DNA from: an uncultured bacterium
GTDB lineage: Bacteria > Patescibacteriota > Gracilibacteria > Absconditabacterales > Absconditicoccaceae
DNA: 64,000 nucleotides
Direction: 5' to 3'
NCBI GenBank assembly: GCA_963552955.1
Contig: CAUVLQ010000007.1
Span: 1,200 to 65,199 of the forward strand
The position numbers and the translations under genes were made by a program. The notes under the pieces were generated by a model, which was given only the letters and a program-made list of their open reading frames with translations, was not told the origin of the DNA and searched no databases. Shown in pieces: positions 36,114 through 46,851 of the stretch. The stretch's first letter is position 1; each line of letters starts with the position of its first letter.

Positions 36114-36193
36114 TTTTTCTTTGATTAGTCCTTGAAAAAATAGAGAAAATAGCTAAGCTCAGATTTAGGATTTTTACTAATAATTGTAATGAT

Positions 36194-37837
36194 ATGAGCC
36201 AAATAACTTTGTCAGAAAAGGAAGTGAGAACACAAAAAACTCATAAAATGAAAAAGATGGGGATTCATCCCTATGCTCAGAGTTTCCAGAAGAAGGATCT
36301 TATTAGCGATATTATTGCACAGTATGAGGGGCAGACACTTCGTGATAGTGAGGAGGTGGTTTTGAATCCTCAGGTGCAAGTTCAGACTGCCGGTAGAGTA
36401 ATGCTTTATCGTTCTCATGGGAAGCTTGCGTTTGCTAAAATTTTGGATAGTAGTGATCAGATTCAGTTAATGTTTCACAGAGATCACTGTAAGATTCTTA
36501 AGACGATTACCAATTCTAATGGGAAAAGTGAGGATGTTGCTGTTGATGTGCTTGAAAATGCTGATACTGAATCAGGAGAACTTTCTGCATATAAATTCAT
36601 GGAGAAGATGGTTGATCTTTGAGATTTTATCGGAGTAAAGGGAGAGGTTTTTAAGACACATAAGGGAGAACTTACGATTTTTGTTTCAGAATTCAAATTT
36701 TTGTCTAAGGCGATCAGACCCTTGCCTGAAAAGTTTCATGGACTCAATGATCAGGAGGAGCTTTATAGAAAGAGGTATCTAGATATGACGATGAATCCTG
36801 AAACCTATCAGAGATTTTTGTTTAAGTCAAAGTTTTATCAGGTTTTGAGAGATTTTTATAGATCTAGAGGATTTACTGAGATTCAAACTCCAATCTTAGA
36901 TAATGCAGCTTCTGGAGCTGCAGCAAGGCCTTTTATTACGCATCATAATGATTTTAATACTGATGTATATTTGAGGATTGCCTTTGAAACTTCTCTTAAA
37001 AAAGCAACGGTTGGTAGGTTTGAAAAGGTTTTTGAGATAGGTCAGGATTTTAGAAATGAAGGATCGGATCCTTCTCATGTTCAGGAATTTACTCAGGTAG
37101 AGCATTATGCTGTGTACTGGAATTATGAGGATAATATGAAGTTTACTGAGGAGATGTTTGATTATCTTTTTGAGCATCTTGGGCTAGAAAAGAAGCTTAA
37201 GGTAAAAGATAAAGACTGAATTGAGAAAACGGTTGATTTTACAACTCCTTGGAAGAAAATTGATTATACTCAAGGGGTAAATAAGGCTAGTGGACTTAAT
37301 ATCTCTAAGTATGGGATTGATGATGCAGATAGACTTAGAGCAGACATTCAGGCAAAGGGAATTACTTTTGAGGGCATGGAAAATATGGGAACCACTACGC
37401 TTATTGACTATTTGTACAAAAAGGTGTTGAGACCAAAGATTGTAGGTCCAGCATTCATCTATAATTACCCAGTGATTATGCAGCCTTTGGCGAGAGTTTC
37501 AGATGCTGATGAGCAGATTGTTGAGCAATTTCAGCTTTTGGTGAATGGATGGGAAATCTGTAAGGCATATTCTGAACTTGTAGATCCAATTTTGCAGCAG
37601 GAGAACTTTGATCTTCAGGCTGAGGCAAGTAAAAAATGAGATGATGAAGCTACAAGTGGAGATGACGCATTTGTTGAGGCGATGGAATATGGAATGCCTC
37701 CTCAGTCAGGATTTGGTATGGGACTTGAGAGGATTTTAGCGATTTTGACAGAACAGGAAAACCTCAGAGATGTTGTGATGTTCCCACTTATGAAGGCTAG
37801 AAATCAAGATATTACCTCAGAAGATGAAGAAAAATAG
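36194..37837 (+). CDS. lysS: lysine--tRNA ligase (class II)
   Basis: OB-fold N-domain. KRYLDMTMNPE, FTEIQTPIL (motif 1), FRNEG (motif 2), FGMGLERI (motif 3). Three track ORFs in one frame joined by TGA. Confidence 0.95.
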
Positions 37838-37971
37838 CTTTAAAACAACAAAAAGAAGTCTGAAGTCAGATTTCTTTTTTTATTATTCTACATAGTCTTG
37901 TTTTTTATTTTCTCTTGACTCTTTCTTTTAGATATGTATTATCTGTTTTGTGGAAATAAAAAATTAATCAT

Positions 37972-38634
37972 ATGAAATATAAAAAATTACCAATTGGGAA
38001 AAAAAAGAAGCGTTCTTTTCTTAAAAGACTCTTGGATCCAGAGAGATTTCAGGATTTTAAGTTTATTATTCAAGAAAAGTCCTCCTATTTTCTTCGTAGG
38101 CATTCGTTAAAACAATGTCTCAGAAGAGATCTTGCAAAGGTTAGAATGATGCGGGATCAAGATCGAGCTATCTTTGGAATGTATGCAATGTTTAGAAAGT
38201 CTCCTTTTTTTCAGGAGTTTGAGAACTATTTCGTCGTTATGAGAAATGTTAAGGAATGGTCTCTTCCCAAAAAGTATCAGACTAAAATTGAGCAGTTAGA
38301 TCTTGAGTTTCAGAGAAAGTTGCAGGTGTATCGTATAGCTTGTACTTGGAAAAAGACTGAAAAGGGATTTGTTTATTATCAAGCTTCTTTCTACGATCAA
38401 AAGGATGTTTCTGTTGAGCCTCGTGGCAAGTGGTATCAGCTTGCACAAGACAAGTTTCTTTATCTTGTAGAGATTCATTGCATATTTTTGGATGAGGAGT
38501 GTGAACCTATACATGATGAGACGCGTTTTTGGAATGCTTTGAAGAAGGAAAATGAAGTTGTTGCTTTGTTAGTAAAAGCAGAGCGTTGATGGAGAAATTG
38601 CTCCTGTCTGATGTGGACAGGAGTTTTTTTATAA
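37972..38634 (+). CDS. hypothetical basic protein
   Basis: ORF 37972-38589. Under TGA=Gly it runs 15 more codons through the terminator hairpin to TAA 38632-38634. Confidence 0.45.
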
Positions 38635-38687
38635 AAAAAGGAGAAAAGCCAGATTTTCTCTTTTAGAAAAACTCTACCATAAGATGC

Positions 38688-38966
38688 TTAGGTAGAGTGT
38701 TTGTTTTTGCTCTTTTGGTGAATGTCGGGAGCTACTTTGATGTTTGCCAGATAGAGCACTAATAATAGTGCAGAAAGTCCTATCAGAACCAGAAGTTCTA
38801 TTGTATGGTTGCTCATGTGGGACCAGAGCTTATTTTCAAAGCTTATTGCCCAAAGGTCATAGATGAGATAGGTCAAGTACATATTGGTGATAAAGAGCGC
38901 GGTATCTAATTGCTCATACCAAAATAGTGCAATAAGCACAATACCTATAATAATGATAAATATCAT
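38688..38966 (-). CDS. small integral membrane protein
   Basis: Three predicted TM helices. Ends at a genuine TAA. Confidence 0.45.
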   Translation of the reverse strand: MIFIIIIGIVLIALFWYEQLDTALFITNMYLTYLIYDLWAISFENKLWSHMSNHTIELLVLIGLSALLLVLYLANIKVAPDIHQKSKNKHST

Positions 38967-39040
38967 AGCTAAATTATTTTTTGTTTGTTGTTTTTTACTA
39001 TATCTAAATGTTTTAAAAAGTCAAATAAGAATTTGCACTT

Positions 39041-40027
39041 TTATACATAATCAAAGAGGATCTCTTGATCTGGGAGTTCTTCTCTAAAGATTTTGAGGAA
39101 GTGTTCTCGAGTTGATGTAGGGATCTTGATAAGTCAGTTTTCTTGAGGACTGATAAGTGGTCGTAGGTCAGAATTTGGATTCTTTTTCTGCATAATTTTG
39201 AAATCTCAAGGATTGTAGATGAGAGACGCGATAAAAATCGAAGAAATCTGATTAAAATTGAGTTCAGATTTTAATTTTTTTAGCAGTTCACGATAAAGAA
39301 AATCATAATTTTCAACGGGTAAAAGAGGAAGAAATCTGAGTCAGACTCTGTAGCCTTTTTCTATAAGCGTTTTGATGGCAGAGATTCTCGCCTCTAGAGT
39401 TGCGGTTCCTTTCTCATATTTTTTGATAATGGATTCTGGATTGAGAGAGAATGAGAATTCTGTATTTTTAGGAGGAATCCCATTATTGCAGCTGAGAATT
39501 GAGGAAATATTCGGAGACTTAGTTCTAGTCTCCATCAGTACGTTCTCAAATTGCTCAAAGAATGAGATAAAAGTCTGATTGAAATCAGTTAAGCTATCGA
39601 CTCCTTGGATATCTGAATAATTGCTTGCATAAAAACTTATTGGTCATTGGTATTTTTCCTTTTCTCTGAGAAAGTTGATTTTTTCACTAATCGCTGATTT
39701 TATCTCTTCATAATTGACAAAAAGTACGGAATACTTTGTTTTGAAGTTCCCTTTGAGGTAGCAGTATTCGCAGTCATAAACGCAGTTAAGGCTTGTTTTA
39801 AAGAAGAAGGATTTCCCTGTTCGTCCGTAGTTTTCTGGGACTGGTAAAAGTGGGATATGCTCTTGTTTTGCAATGATAAAGGCTGGAGCGAGGTTTTGAT
39901 CTCAGATATTTTTATCAAAAATATTTTTGTAGTGGTCGATTTCTAGGATTTGAGCATTGGGGAATTTGCTCAGGATTCTTTGAGTTTGTGGATAGGATTT
40001 TGCTTTTTTTTCAAGATAGATAAGCAT
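39041..40027 (-). CDS. spore-photoproduct-lyase-family radical SAM protein (SplB/COG1533-like)
   Basis: LNCVYDCEYCYLKG is a CxxxCxxC radical-SAM cluster motif. N-terminus MLIYLEKKAKSYPQTQRILSKFP is typical of the family. ORFs 39902-40159 and 39341-39535 are in frame via TGA. 987 nt, frame checked. Confidence 0.8.
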
Positions 40028-40174
40028 GAGAGTGTATACAAAAGGAGATGAAAAGTCAGATTTTTTGATTGTTATTAGGATAGTGATTTGCTTTATTGAA
40101 TGCAAGAAGAAAAGTCTTGACATTTCTCTTAAAAGAACTATATTGAGTGGGTTAAACATAAAAAACTAAAAATC

Positions 40175-40429
40175 ATGATCCAACAAGGTGCAATTCCGTC
40201 TGTGTTTGACCCAGTTCTGGGGCAAACGTTTATTTTTGGAGCGCGAGGAAAGGTCTCCTCCGATCAGCAAATTATTAGACAGAAAAAACAGATTCCTGAT
40301 GGAGTCGCTGTATTGAGGAATCAGCTTCGAGTTGAATCTCTTAAGGCGATTGAACTTCAAAAAAGAATGAAGTTTCTTCCTAAAGGCATTCGTAAATCGC
40401 AAACAATGCGAAATTCAAGGAGAGGTTAG
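40175..40429 (+). other. 84-codon ORF of atypical composition, or a structured RNA; unresolved
   Basis: Locally GC-richer. Open in frames on both strands. Several hairpins (tttgaccca/tggggcaaa, gattcct/aggaatc, tcgca/tgcga). Ends in a strong terminator with the TAG in the loop. Confidence 0.3.
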
Positions 40430-40443
40430 CCTCTCCTTTTTTT
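40419..40443 (+). terminator. rho-independent terminator
   Basis: ggagagg-ttag-cctctcc followed by T7. Confidence 0.8.
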
Positions 40444-40483
40444 GATCGGTTTTCCTCTTGTATTAGGCATCGAGTTTTGTAGA

Positions 40484-41005
40484 ATGAGGAAGGTTTTATT
40501 TAAGTATAAAAGTTTGATGCAGTCTATTATTATTTGTGTTTCTGCTGAGGAATTGATCCCTGAAAAAAAGTCTCCTGAAGCGATGTGTTGGGATATTAAA
40601 GCAGATGAGACGTTTACTCTGCAGCCTGGAGATGTTAAATTAGTAAAAAGCTGAATTAAGACCTTTATTCCTACGGGATGGTGTGCTAAGATGTATGCGA
40701 GGAGTTCTCTTCCGCTTAAGAATGGACTGTTGCTAGCAAATAGTGTTTGATTGATTGATTCGGACTATAGAGGAGAGTATTTGATGCAGTTGTATAATTT
40801 TACTCAAAATCCAGTAACTATTCAACAATATACTAGGCTTTGTCAACTAGAATTTGCCCCGCATTATTGGTGAGTAGCACAGTATGGAACTGCTGAGATT
40901 CCTCAGGTAGAGATCAAGGTTGATAGTCAGCTTTTTGATATTTTTGATCAAGTATATAGTTCTGAGAGATGAACTGGTGGGTTTGGTTCTACAGGTTCTC
41001 ATTAG
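40484..41005 (+). CDS. dut: dUTP diphosphatase
   Basis: ARSSL, -G-LIDSDYRGE (motif 3, G is TGA), RLCQLEF, GGFGSTG (motif 5). Alternative start 40517. Confidence 0.9.
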
Positions 41006-41050
41006 TGCTATTCCCTAATTTTTAGTGTGTTTATTTTTGTGTTTTAAAAA

Positions 41051-41827
41051 ATGATAAAAAATCTGATCAAAACTCCTGAACAAATCAGGAATATCACTGA
41101 TTCTTGTAAATATCTCAATGAGCATCTCTACTATCTTAAGGACCATACTAAGGCTGGAATGACGCTTTTGGAACTTGAGGAGTTGGCTCAGGCTTGGCTT
41201 GATGAGAGGAATTTGATTTGAGCATTTAAGGGATATGAAGGCTTCCCTGCGAATCTTTGCTTATCTGTAAATGACTGTGTAGTACATGGGATCCCTGATC
41301 ATACTATCTTGAAGAATGGAGATTTGCTTAAAATTGATGCTGGGATTATTTATAAAAAGTGAGTTTCTGATTCTGCTATTAGCTTGATTGTTGGTGATGC
41401 AAGTGCAAATCCTTTGGGAGCTCAGTTGATTAAGGTTACTAAAGAAGCACTAGATCGTTGAGTTGCGACTATCAAGACTGGAGGTTTCGCGTACGATTAT
41501 TCTAAAGCAGTCTATAATCATATTACTAATGAAGGATTTAGCGTCTTGAAAAGCTTGAGTGGACATGGGGTGTGAACAGATGTTCATGAGATGCCGTATT
41601 TTATGAATCATCCTACTGCTGCTATGAAAAAAATCCAGTGGAAACCTGGTATGGTGGTGGCTTTAGAGCCTATTACAGCGGTAGAGTCTGATGATGTGGT
41701 TTATCATGAAAGTGATTGGAATCTTTATTGTAAAAAGGGAGATTTAGGAGCTCAGTGGGAATATACGGTTTTGATTACTGAGAATGGACCTGAGATTTTG
41801 GCAGGAATTCAGGAAGATTGGTATTAA
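41051..41827 (+). CDS. map: methionine aminopeptidase type I
   Basis: [43 protein letters not shown] metal-ligand motifs. Five in-frame TGA. Confidence 0.95.
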
Positions 41828-41845
41828 TTTATTTTGTCTTGTGGA

Positions 41846-42637
41846 ATGAAAATTATTTCTCGAAATGTTAATGGGATTAGAGCTGTGCTTCAAAAGGGCT
41901 TTCTTGATTTTATAAAGCAGGAGAACCCTGATATTCTCTGTCTGCAGGAGGTAAAAGCCTTTGAACATCAACTGCCAACTGAGGTGAGGTTTGCTATGCA
42001 AGAGTATGAGTATATTTGGCATCGTTCAGACAGGCCTGGGTATGCGTGAACTGCTATCTTTTATAAAAAGTCGCTTCCAATTTCAGTAAAGCATAATGCT
42101 TTTCAAAATCCTGCATGTTTTAACGATGATGGGAGAGTAACTGCCGTTGAATGGTCAGATTTTTTGCTTTTGAATATTTATTTTCCCAATGGAGGAGATA
42201 GAGCGGATGGAACAGAAATGCTTAGCTATAAGCTCGATTTTTATAAACAGTATCAAGGGTTTGTTGCTCAGAAAGTTAAAGAATGAAAAAAGGTAATCAC
42301 AACCGGTGATTTTAATATCTGTCATCGTCCGATTGATATTGCGAGACCAAAGGAAAATGAGAATTCAATTTGATTTCTACCAATTGAGAGAGTTGAGATG
42401 GACAAAATGGAAGAAAGCTGACTTATTGATGTTTTTAGGCTTCAGAATCCTGATTTAGGAGAGAAGTATACTTGGTGGAGTTATAGGGCTGGAGCGAGAC
42501 CAAGAAATGTTTGATGGAGATTGGATTATTTTTGGGTAAGTGAAAATTGTTTAGATCAGATCTGAAAAATGGTGCATTACGATCAAGTTTTGGGTTCTGA
42601 TCACTGTCCCATCGGAATTGAGATAGGGTACTCCTAG
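41846..42637 (+). CDS. xth: exodeoxyribonuclease III
   Basis: [51 protein letters not shown]. Confidence 0.9.
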
Positions 42638-42687
42638 TTCTGATCTTTTTTTCAAGCGATAGAAAGGATAGTGGTGTTTTTCTAGAT

Positions 42688-42714
42688 AAAAATCCCTCAT
42701 TTGTGGGATTTTTT
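42688..42714. terminator. bidirectional A/T-flanked hairpin terminator
   Basis: aaaaatccc / gggattttt 9 bp stem between convergent xth and tmk. Confidence 0.7.
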
Positions 42715-42715
42715 A

Positions 42716-43306
42716 TTACAGGTATTTTTCTGAGATGATTTTTTGCAGCTGGGATTGAATTTCTTCGATGGAAAGATTTGCATTGATTGGTTCTCGAGAG
42801 AACTTTTGAGCGAGGTTTTGATGAACAAATCTTACTTTATTCATTAGCTCGTTATTTTGTTCATGTTGGTGAACTTTTTCAATTCCAGAGCTGAAGCGTT
42901 CTCCATCAAAGAAGAATGCAAGGTCTTCTTTGTGTAAGTGAGAGTTGATTTTTTCGAGGAAAGCTTGGTCTCATCAGGCTCCAGTTCCTCGTGCGATACC
43001 AGTTCAAGTATAGTCTTCTGCGATGATCCAAATTCAGTTTTCTAGCTTATTTTTTACTGTAGAATCGTATTGTGTGCGGTTGATGACTTGTAAAAGTTGA
43101 AATTCTGATGAAGAAAGCTGGTTTGGATTTCCTTCTCTGAGATAGGCGTTGAGTAATGGTCAAGAGGGAGCTAAGTCATAAATCGGGTATTTAAGATATT
43201 CGGCTTGAAGTCCTTTTTCTCTTAATCGGTCGATGAGGAGGTGGGCTTGTGTTGTTTTTCAGAGGTTATTGATACCGTAGAGGACGATGAGTTTTCCCTT
43301 TTCCAT
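42716..43306 (-). CDS. tmk: dTMP (thymidylate) kinase
   Basis: LIVLYGINNL-G-KTTQ P-loop (G is TGA). Layout and size (196 aa) fit Tmk. Not in the ORF track. Confidence 0.8.
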
Positions 43307-43387
43307 ATTGTGGTTTTTGATATAAACTATTATAGTATACCATACTGATCTCTATGCGAAAAACAATCAAAAAAAATCAGATTTTTT

Positions 43388-45250
43388 TTAATTTTTCATT
43401 TCATCAAACCCTCTCTCAAAAGAGTGAAAAACTGTGAGTTTTTTCTCTTTGATGACTCGGAGGAGATCTGAGGTCGCTTCTAGAAAATCTCTATCATGGG
43501 AAACGATCAAGCTCACTCCATTAAAATCTGCAAGCATTGTTTTTATTGCTTCTTTTGAGCCGAGATCCAGGTGGTTGGTTGGTTCATCCATTACAACGAT
43601 ATCTGGGTGTGCAAGCAGCATTTTTGCTAGTGCCACTTTTGATTTTTCTCCTCCTGAGAGACTTCAGATTTTTTGCTCAGCTTTTTCTGGATCGAGGAGT
43701 AAGGCTCAGAGGAAGCTCATTGCTTCTTTGAATGAAACCCCAGGTCAGACAAGTTCTTCTGTGACGGTTGCGTTAAAGTCTAGATCATCTGCGATCTGGG
43801 AGTAAAATCAGATTTTTACTTTTTCATGGATCCAGATATCTCAGTATTGGGGTTTTAATGCTCATAAAATTGTCTTTAAAAGCGTTGTTTTTCAGGCACC
43901 ATTTTTTCCAATGATTCAGATCTTCATCGTTTTTGTAATTTCAAGGTTTTTTGGTAAAGAGACGAGTGTGTTTTCTCAGTATCCAACTTGAAGCTCAGAA
44001 ATTCTGATCAATGTTTCTGGGAGTCTTCGTGTGACCTGAAGTTTTGGTTTATGGACTGATGATTCTAGTTCTGGAGCCTCGATTTTATCCATTTTATCAA
44101 GCATTTTGATTCTGCTCTGGACTTGCGAGGCTTTACTGGATTTGTAGCGGAATCTTTCGATAAATCTTTCTTGCTGAGCGAGGTATTTTTGTTGGGCAGT
44201 ATAGTTTTTGAGTTGAATTTCTTCTCTTTTTTCTTTTTCTAGTAGAAAATCTTCATATCAACAAAAATAGAGATTCAGTTTTTTATTTTTTATTTCTACA
44301 GTTTTATTGAAGGTAGAACCTAGGAATTTTCTATCATGAGAAATACAGATTAGTGCCTTATTTCGCATTTTACAGAAAGCTTCAATAAAGAGAATTCCCT
44401 CAATGTCTAGATGGTTTGTTGGTTCATCAAGAATTAAGAGATCGACGTCCTGGAGCAAAAATTTGGCGATTTGGACTTTTGTTTGTTCTCCTCAGGAGAG
44501 TTGCGAAATTTTGAAACTCAATTGTTCTTTGCTGAATCCGAAATATTTGAGAATCTCTTGCTGTAGATCATATTTTTGATAGGCTTCATTGATGAGCATT
44601 CGCTCGATAATTTCATTTTGTACCTCAATGAGTTCGATTGAGTTTTCTGGATTTTCGTCCAAAAGTCTTTTGATTTCCTCGAGCCTTTGGACTTTTTTTG
44701 TGATCTCTGGGAATGTTGTTAGCATCTCGTCTGCTACTGTTCTTTCTCTGGATTCTCGAAATAAATCTTGTGAGAGAAATCAGATTTTTGTATCCTTTAA
44801 AATGTCAATGTCTCCGTGATCAGCCAGTTCTGGATTGAGAAGTATTTTGAGAAAAGTTGATTTTCCTGCGCCGTTTTTCCCTACAAGTGCGATTTTATCT
44901 TCAGGTTTAATTCTTAGCTCGGCGTCTTCAAAGAGGATTGTTGAGCCAAGCTGTTTGCAGAGCCCTTTGATGGTTATGAGATAATCAGCAGATTTTTTGT
45001 TGGTGTAATTGAAAAGGTGTCTTGGGATAGAGGAGAATGAGTTTAGTTTTTCAGCATTTTTTTCTGGTAAACCTTCTCGCTGAACTCAAAATTCTCTTGT
45101 AAGATATTTTTTGAGGCTTTTTTCTTTCGTTTCTTCCTTGGTCTTTTCTGAAAATTGTGCGAGATATTCATAGCAAACTTCTGCAATTTCATCAAAAGAA
45201 AAATCTGAATGAAGCTCCTGAACTTTATTGATGATTGCTGATAAATCCAT
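43388..45250 (-). CDS. ABC-F family ATPase (two ABC domains, no TM domain)
   Basis: Walker A GKNGAGKST and GKNGAGKTT. Signatures LS-G-GEQTKV (TGA 44492-44494) and LSGGEKSKV. LLILDEPTNHLD and VVMDEPTNHLD. Four track ORFs in one frame. Confidence 0.9.
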
Positions 45251-45390
45251 TGAAAATAGTCTAAAGTTAAACAATAGTGCTCAATAGTGTAGTGATTGAC
45301 TAGGGATTTACAAGGGGAATAAAAAAACTATCACTTCCTCTTGAAAATCAAAGTGAAAAAGATATAAAGCAAATCGTCATCATATATGGA

Positions 45391-45461
45391 TGGGGAATCG
45401 TCTAATGGTAGGACACCGGACTTTGACTCCGTTTGTCCAGGTTCGAATCCTGGTTCCCCAG
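45391..45461 (+). tRNA. tRNA-Gln(UUG)
   Basis: U1-A72 acceptor TGGGGAA/TTCCCCA, anticodon loop CTTTGAC, T-loop GGTTCGAATCC. CCA not encoded. Confidence 0.85.
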
Positions 45462-45471
45462 GGAGTGTGAT

Positions 45472-45546
45472 TGCGGAGTAGAGAAACGGTATCTCGTCGG
45501 GCTCATAACCCGAAGATAGGTGGTTCAATTCCATCCTCCGCAACCA
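45472..45546 (+). tRNA. tRNA-Met(CAU), initiator-like
   Basis: Acceptor TGCGGAG/CTCCGCA. Anticodon stem TCGGG/CCCGA carries three consecutive G-C pairs. Loop CTCATAA. CCA encoded. Confidence 0.8.
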
Positions 45547-45552
45547 AATTAA

Positions 45553-45625
45553 TCGGGAGTAGCTTAATTGGTAGAGCATCAGACTCTGAATCTGAGGGTT
45601 ATAGGTTCGAGTCCTATCTCCCGAG
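45553..45625 (+). tRNA. tRNA-Gln(CUG)
   Basis: U1-A72 acceptor TCGGGAG/CTCCCGA, anticodon stem TCAGA/TCTGA, loop CTCTGAA. Confidence 0.8.
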
Positions 45626-45659
45626 TATCTTGATTTTTATGTATAAGGTAGTCAGTTAT

Positions 45660-45741
45660 GCCGGGATGGTGGAACTGGTAGACACGCTTGGCTTAGAACC
45701 AAGTGCCTTACGGTGTGCAGGTTCAAGTCCTGTTCCCGGTA
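45660..45741 (+). tRNA. tRNA-Leu(UAG), class II
   Basis: Acceptor GCCGGGA/TCCCGGT, anticodon stem CTTGG/CCAAG, loop CTTAGAA, long variable arm. Confidence 0.85.
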
Positions 45742-45891
45742 TTTGATTATCTTATGAGTATAAAAATCTGAACTTCGTAGTTTGGTAGACTCAGACTTTG
45801 GAAACTCGACATTGAATGAAAAAAGTCGTATAAAAAGTAAAAAATCTCTTGAAAATGGGTCTGATTTCAGTATAGTAATCACCATCGCCAA

Positions 45892-45964
45892 TCCGAGATA
45901 GCTCAGTCGGTAGAGCAAGTGGCTGTTAACCACTGGGTCGTGGGTTCGAGTCCCACTCTCGGAG
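45892..45964 (+). tRNA. tRNA-Asn(GUU)
   Basis: Acceptor TCCGAGA/TCTCGGA, anticodon stem AGTGG/CCACT, loop CTGTTAA. Confidence 0.85.
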
Positions 45965-45997
45965 AGTTGATACTCTTTATATTTGATAATTTTTTCA

Positions 45998-46261
45998 ATG
46001 CCAATTAAGAAGTCAGCAATCAAAGCTATGAATAGATCTCAAACTCTTGCTAAGAGAAACTATGATTTCAAACTTAGAATGAAGATGGCTATGAAAAAAT
46101 TCCTTAAGGGAGTTGAAGCTAAAGAGGCTTTGACTGTTGAGGATCTAGCAAATGTTTACAAGGCTATTGATAAGGCTGCAAAGGTTGGTGTTATCAAGAA
46201 GAGAAATGCCTCAAGAAAAAAGTCTAGAATTTCAAAAGCATTTGATACTTTGAAGAAATAG
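45998..46261 (+). CDS. rpsT: 30S ribosomal protein S20
   Basis: MPIKKSAIKAMNRSQTLAKRN...KAIDKAAKVGVIKKRNASRKKSR is typical bS20. Embedded in the tRNA array. Confidence 0.9.
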   Translation: MPIKKSAIKAMNRSQTLAKRNYDFKLRMKMAMKKFLKGVEAKEALTVEDLANVYKAIDKAAKVGVIKKRNASRKKSRISKAFDTLKK

Positions 46262-46288
46262 AGATCTAAGTCCAGTATTGGACTTTGT

Positions 46289-46364
46289 GCCAGCTTAGCT
46301 CAATAGGTAGAGCAACCGCCTTGTAAGCGGTAGGTTGTCGGTTCAATTCCGACAGCTGGCTCCA
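46289..46364 (+). tRNA. tRNA-Thr(UGU)
   Basis: Acceptor GCCAGCT/AGCTGGC, anticodon stem ACCGC/GCGGT, loop CTTGTAA. CCA encoded. Confidence 0.9.
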
Positions 46365-46396
46365 TTTGTACTTTAAGTTAGATGATAGTTATAGTT

Positions 46397-46473
46397 GGGG
46401 TGGTAGTTCAGCCGGCTAGAACGCCTGCCTGTCACGCAGGAGGTCGAGGGTTCGAGTCCCTTCCATCCCGCCA
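46397..46473 (+). tRNA. tRNA-Asp(GUC)
   Basis: Acceptor GGGGTGG/CCATCCC, anticodon stem CCTGC/GCAGG, loop CTGTCAC. CCA encoded. Confidence 0.9.
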
Positions 46474-46487
46474 CTTCTAACTTTAGT

Positions 46488-46562
46488 GGTCTTATCGTCT
46501 AACGGCTAGGACAGGAGACTTTCAATCTTCTAATCGGGGTTCGATTCCCCGTAAGACCGCCA
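46488..46562 (+). tRNA. tRNA-Glu(UUC)
   Basis: Acceptor GGTCTTA/TAAGACC, anticodon loop CTTTCAA. CCA encoded. Confidence 0.9.
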
Positions 46563-46569
46563 TTTTAAT

Positions 46570-46646
46570 GGGTGATTAGCTCAGTTGGCTAGAGCATCTG
46601 CCTTACAAGCAGGGGGTCATAGGTTCGAGTCCTATATCACCCACCA
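46570..46646 (+). tRNA. tRNA-Val(UAC)
   Basis: Acceptor GGGTGAT/ATCACCC, anticodon stem TCTGC/GCAGG, loop CTTACAA. CCA encoded. Last host feature before the phage-like element. Confidence 0.9.
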
Positions 46647-46676
46647 TTTAAGACTGTTGACTTCTTAAAATAGAAG

Positions 46677-46707
46677 GTCGTACGAATTGTTTCGTGCGGC
46701 TTTTTTT
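46677..46707 (+). terminator. rho-independent terminator of the tRNA array
   Basis: 10 bp stem gtcgtacgaa / ttcgtgcggc followed by T7. Confidence 0.75.
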
Positions 46708-46851
46708 GTGTACAACGAATAGAGCTCTCCGCATAGTATTGAATCTTACCAGTGCTACACAATGCAGAGAATCTGCACCCTAAAGGTCTTATTAAATTGC
46801 ATTGTGGTGAGAGGTAGCACCTCATCGCTATGCAATCTAATAAGACTTTTT
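46708..46851 (+). other. candidate structured non-coding RNA ending in a long terminator-like hairpin
   Basis: tgtgta...tacaca enclosure. gcaga-gaa-tctgc hairpin. Then a 9+7 bp helix gtcttatta-a-attgcat ... atgcaat-c-taataagac (46786-46845) followed by T6. No credible ORF. Confidence 0.3.

Noticed and set aside
40160-40443. RNase P RNA, suggested by a GAGGAAAGG segment and a nearby ACAGAAAAA
   Set aside because: The two segments are only about 35 nt apart, no P4 pairing partner (GGAGACC) exists, and the unit is too short. It is kept only as an unresolved ORF-or-RNA candidate.
45331-46023. Track ORFs 45331-45579 (-), 45471-45746 (+) and 45652-46023 (-)
   Set aside because: They lie across five tRNA genes. 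The open frames are a by-product of GC-rich tRNA sequence.
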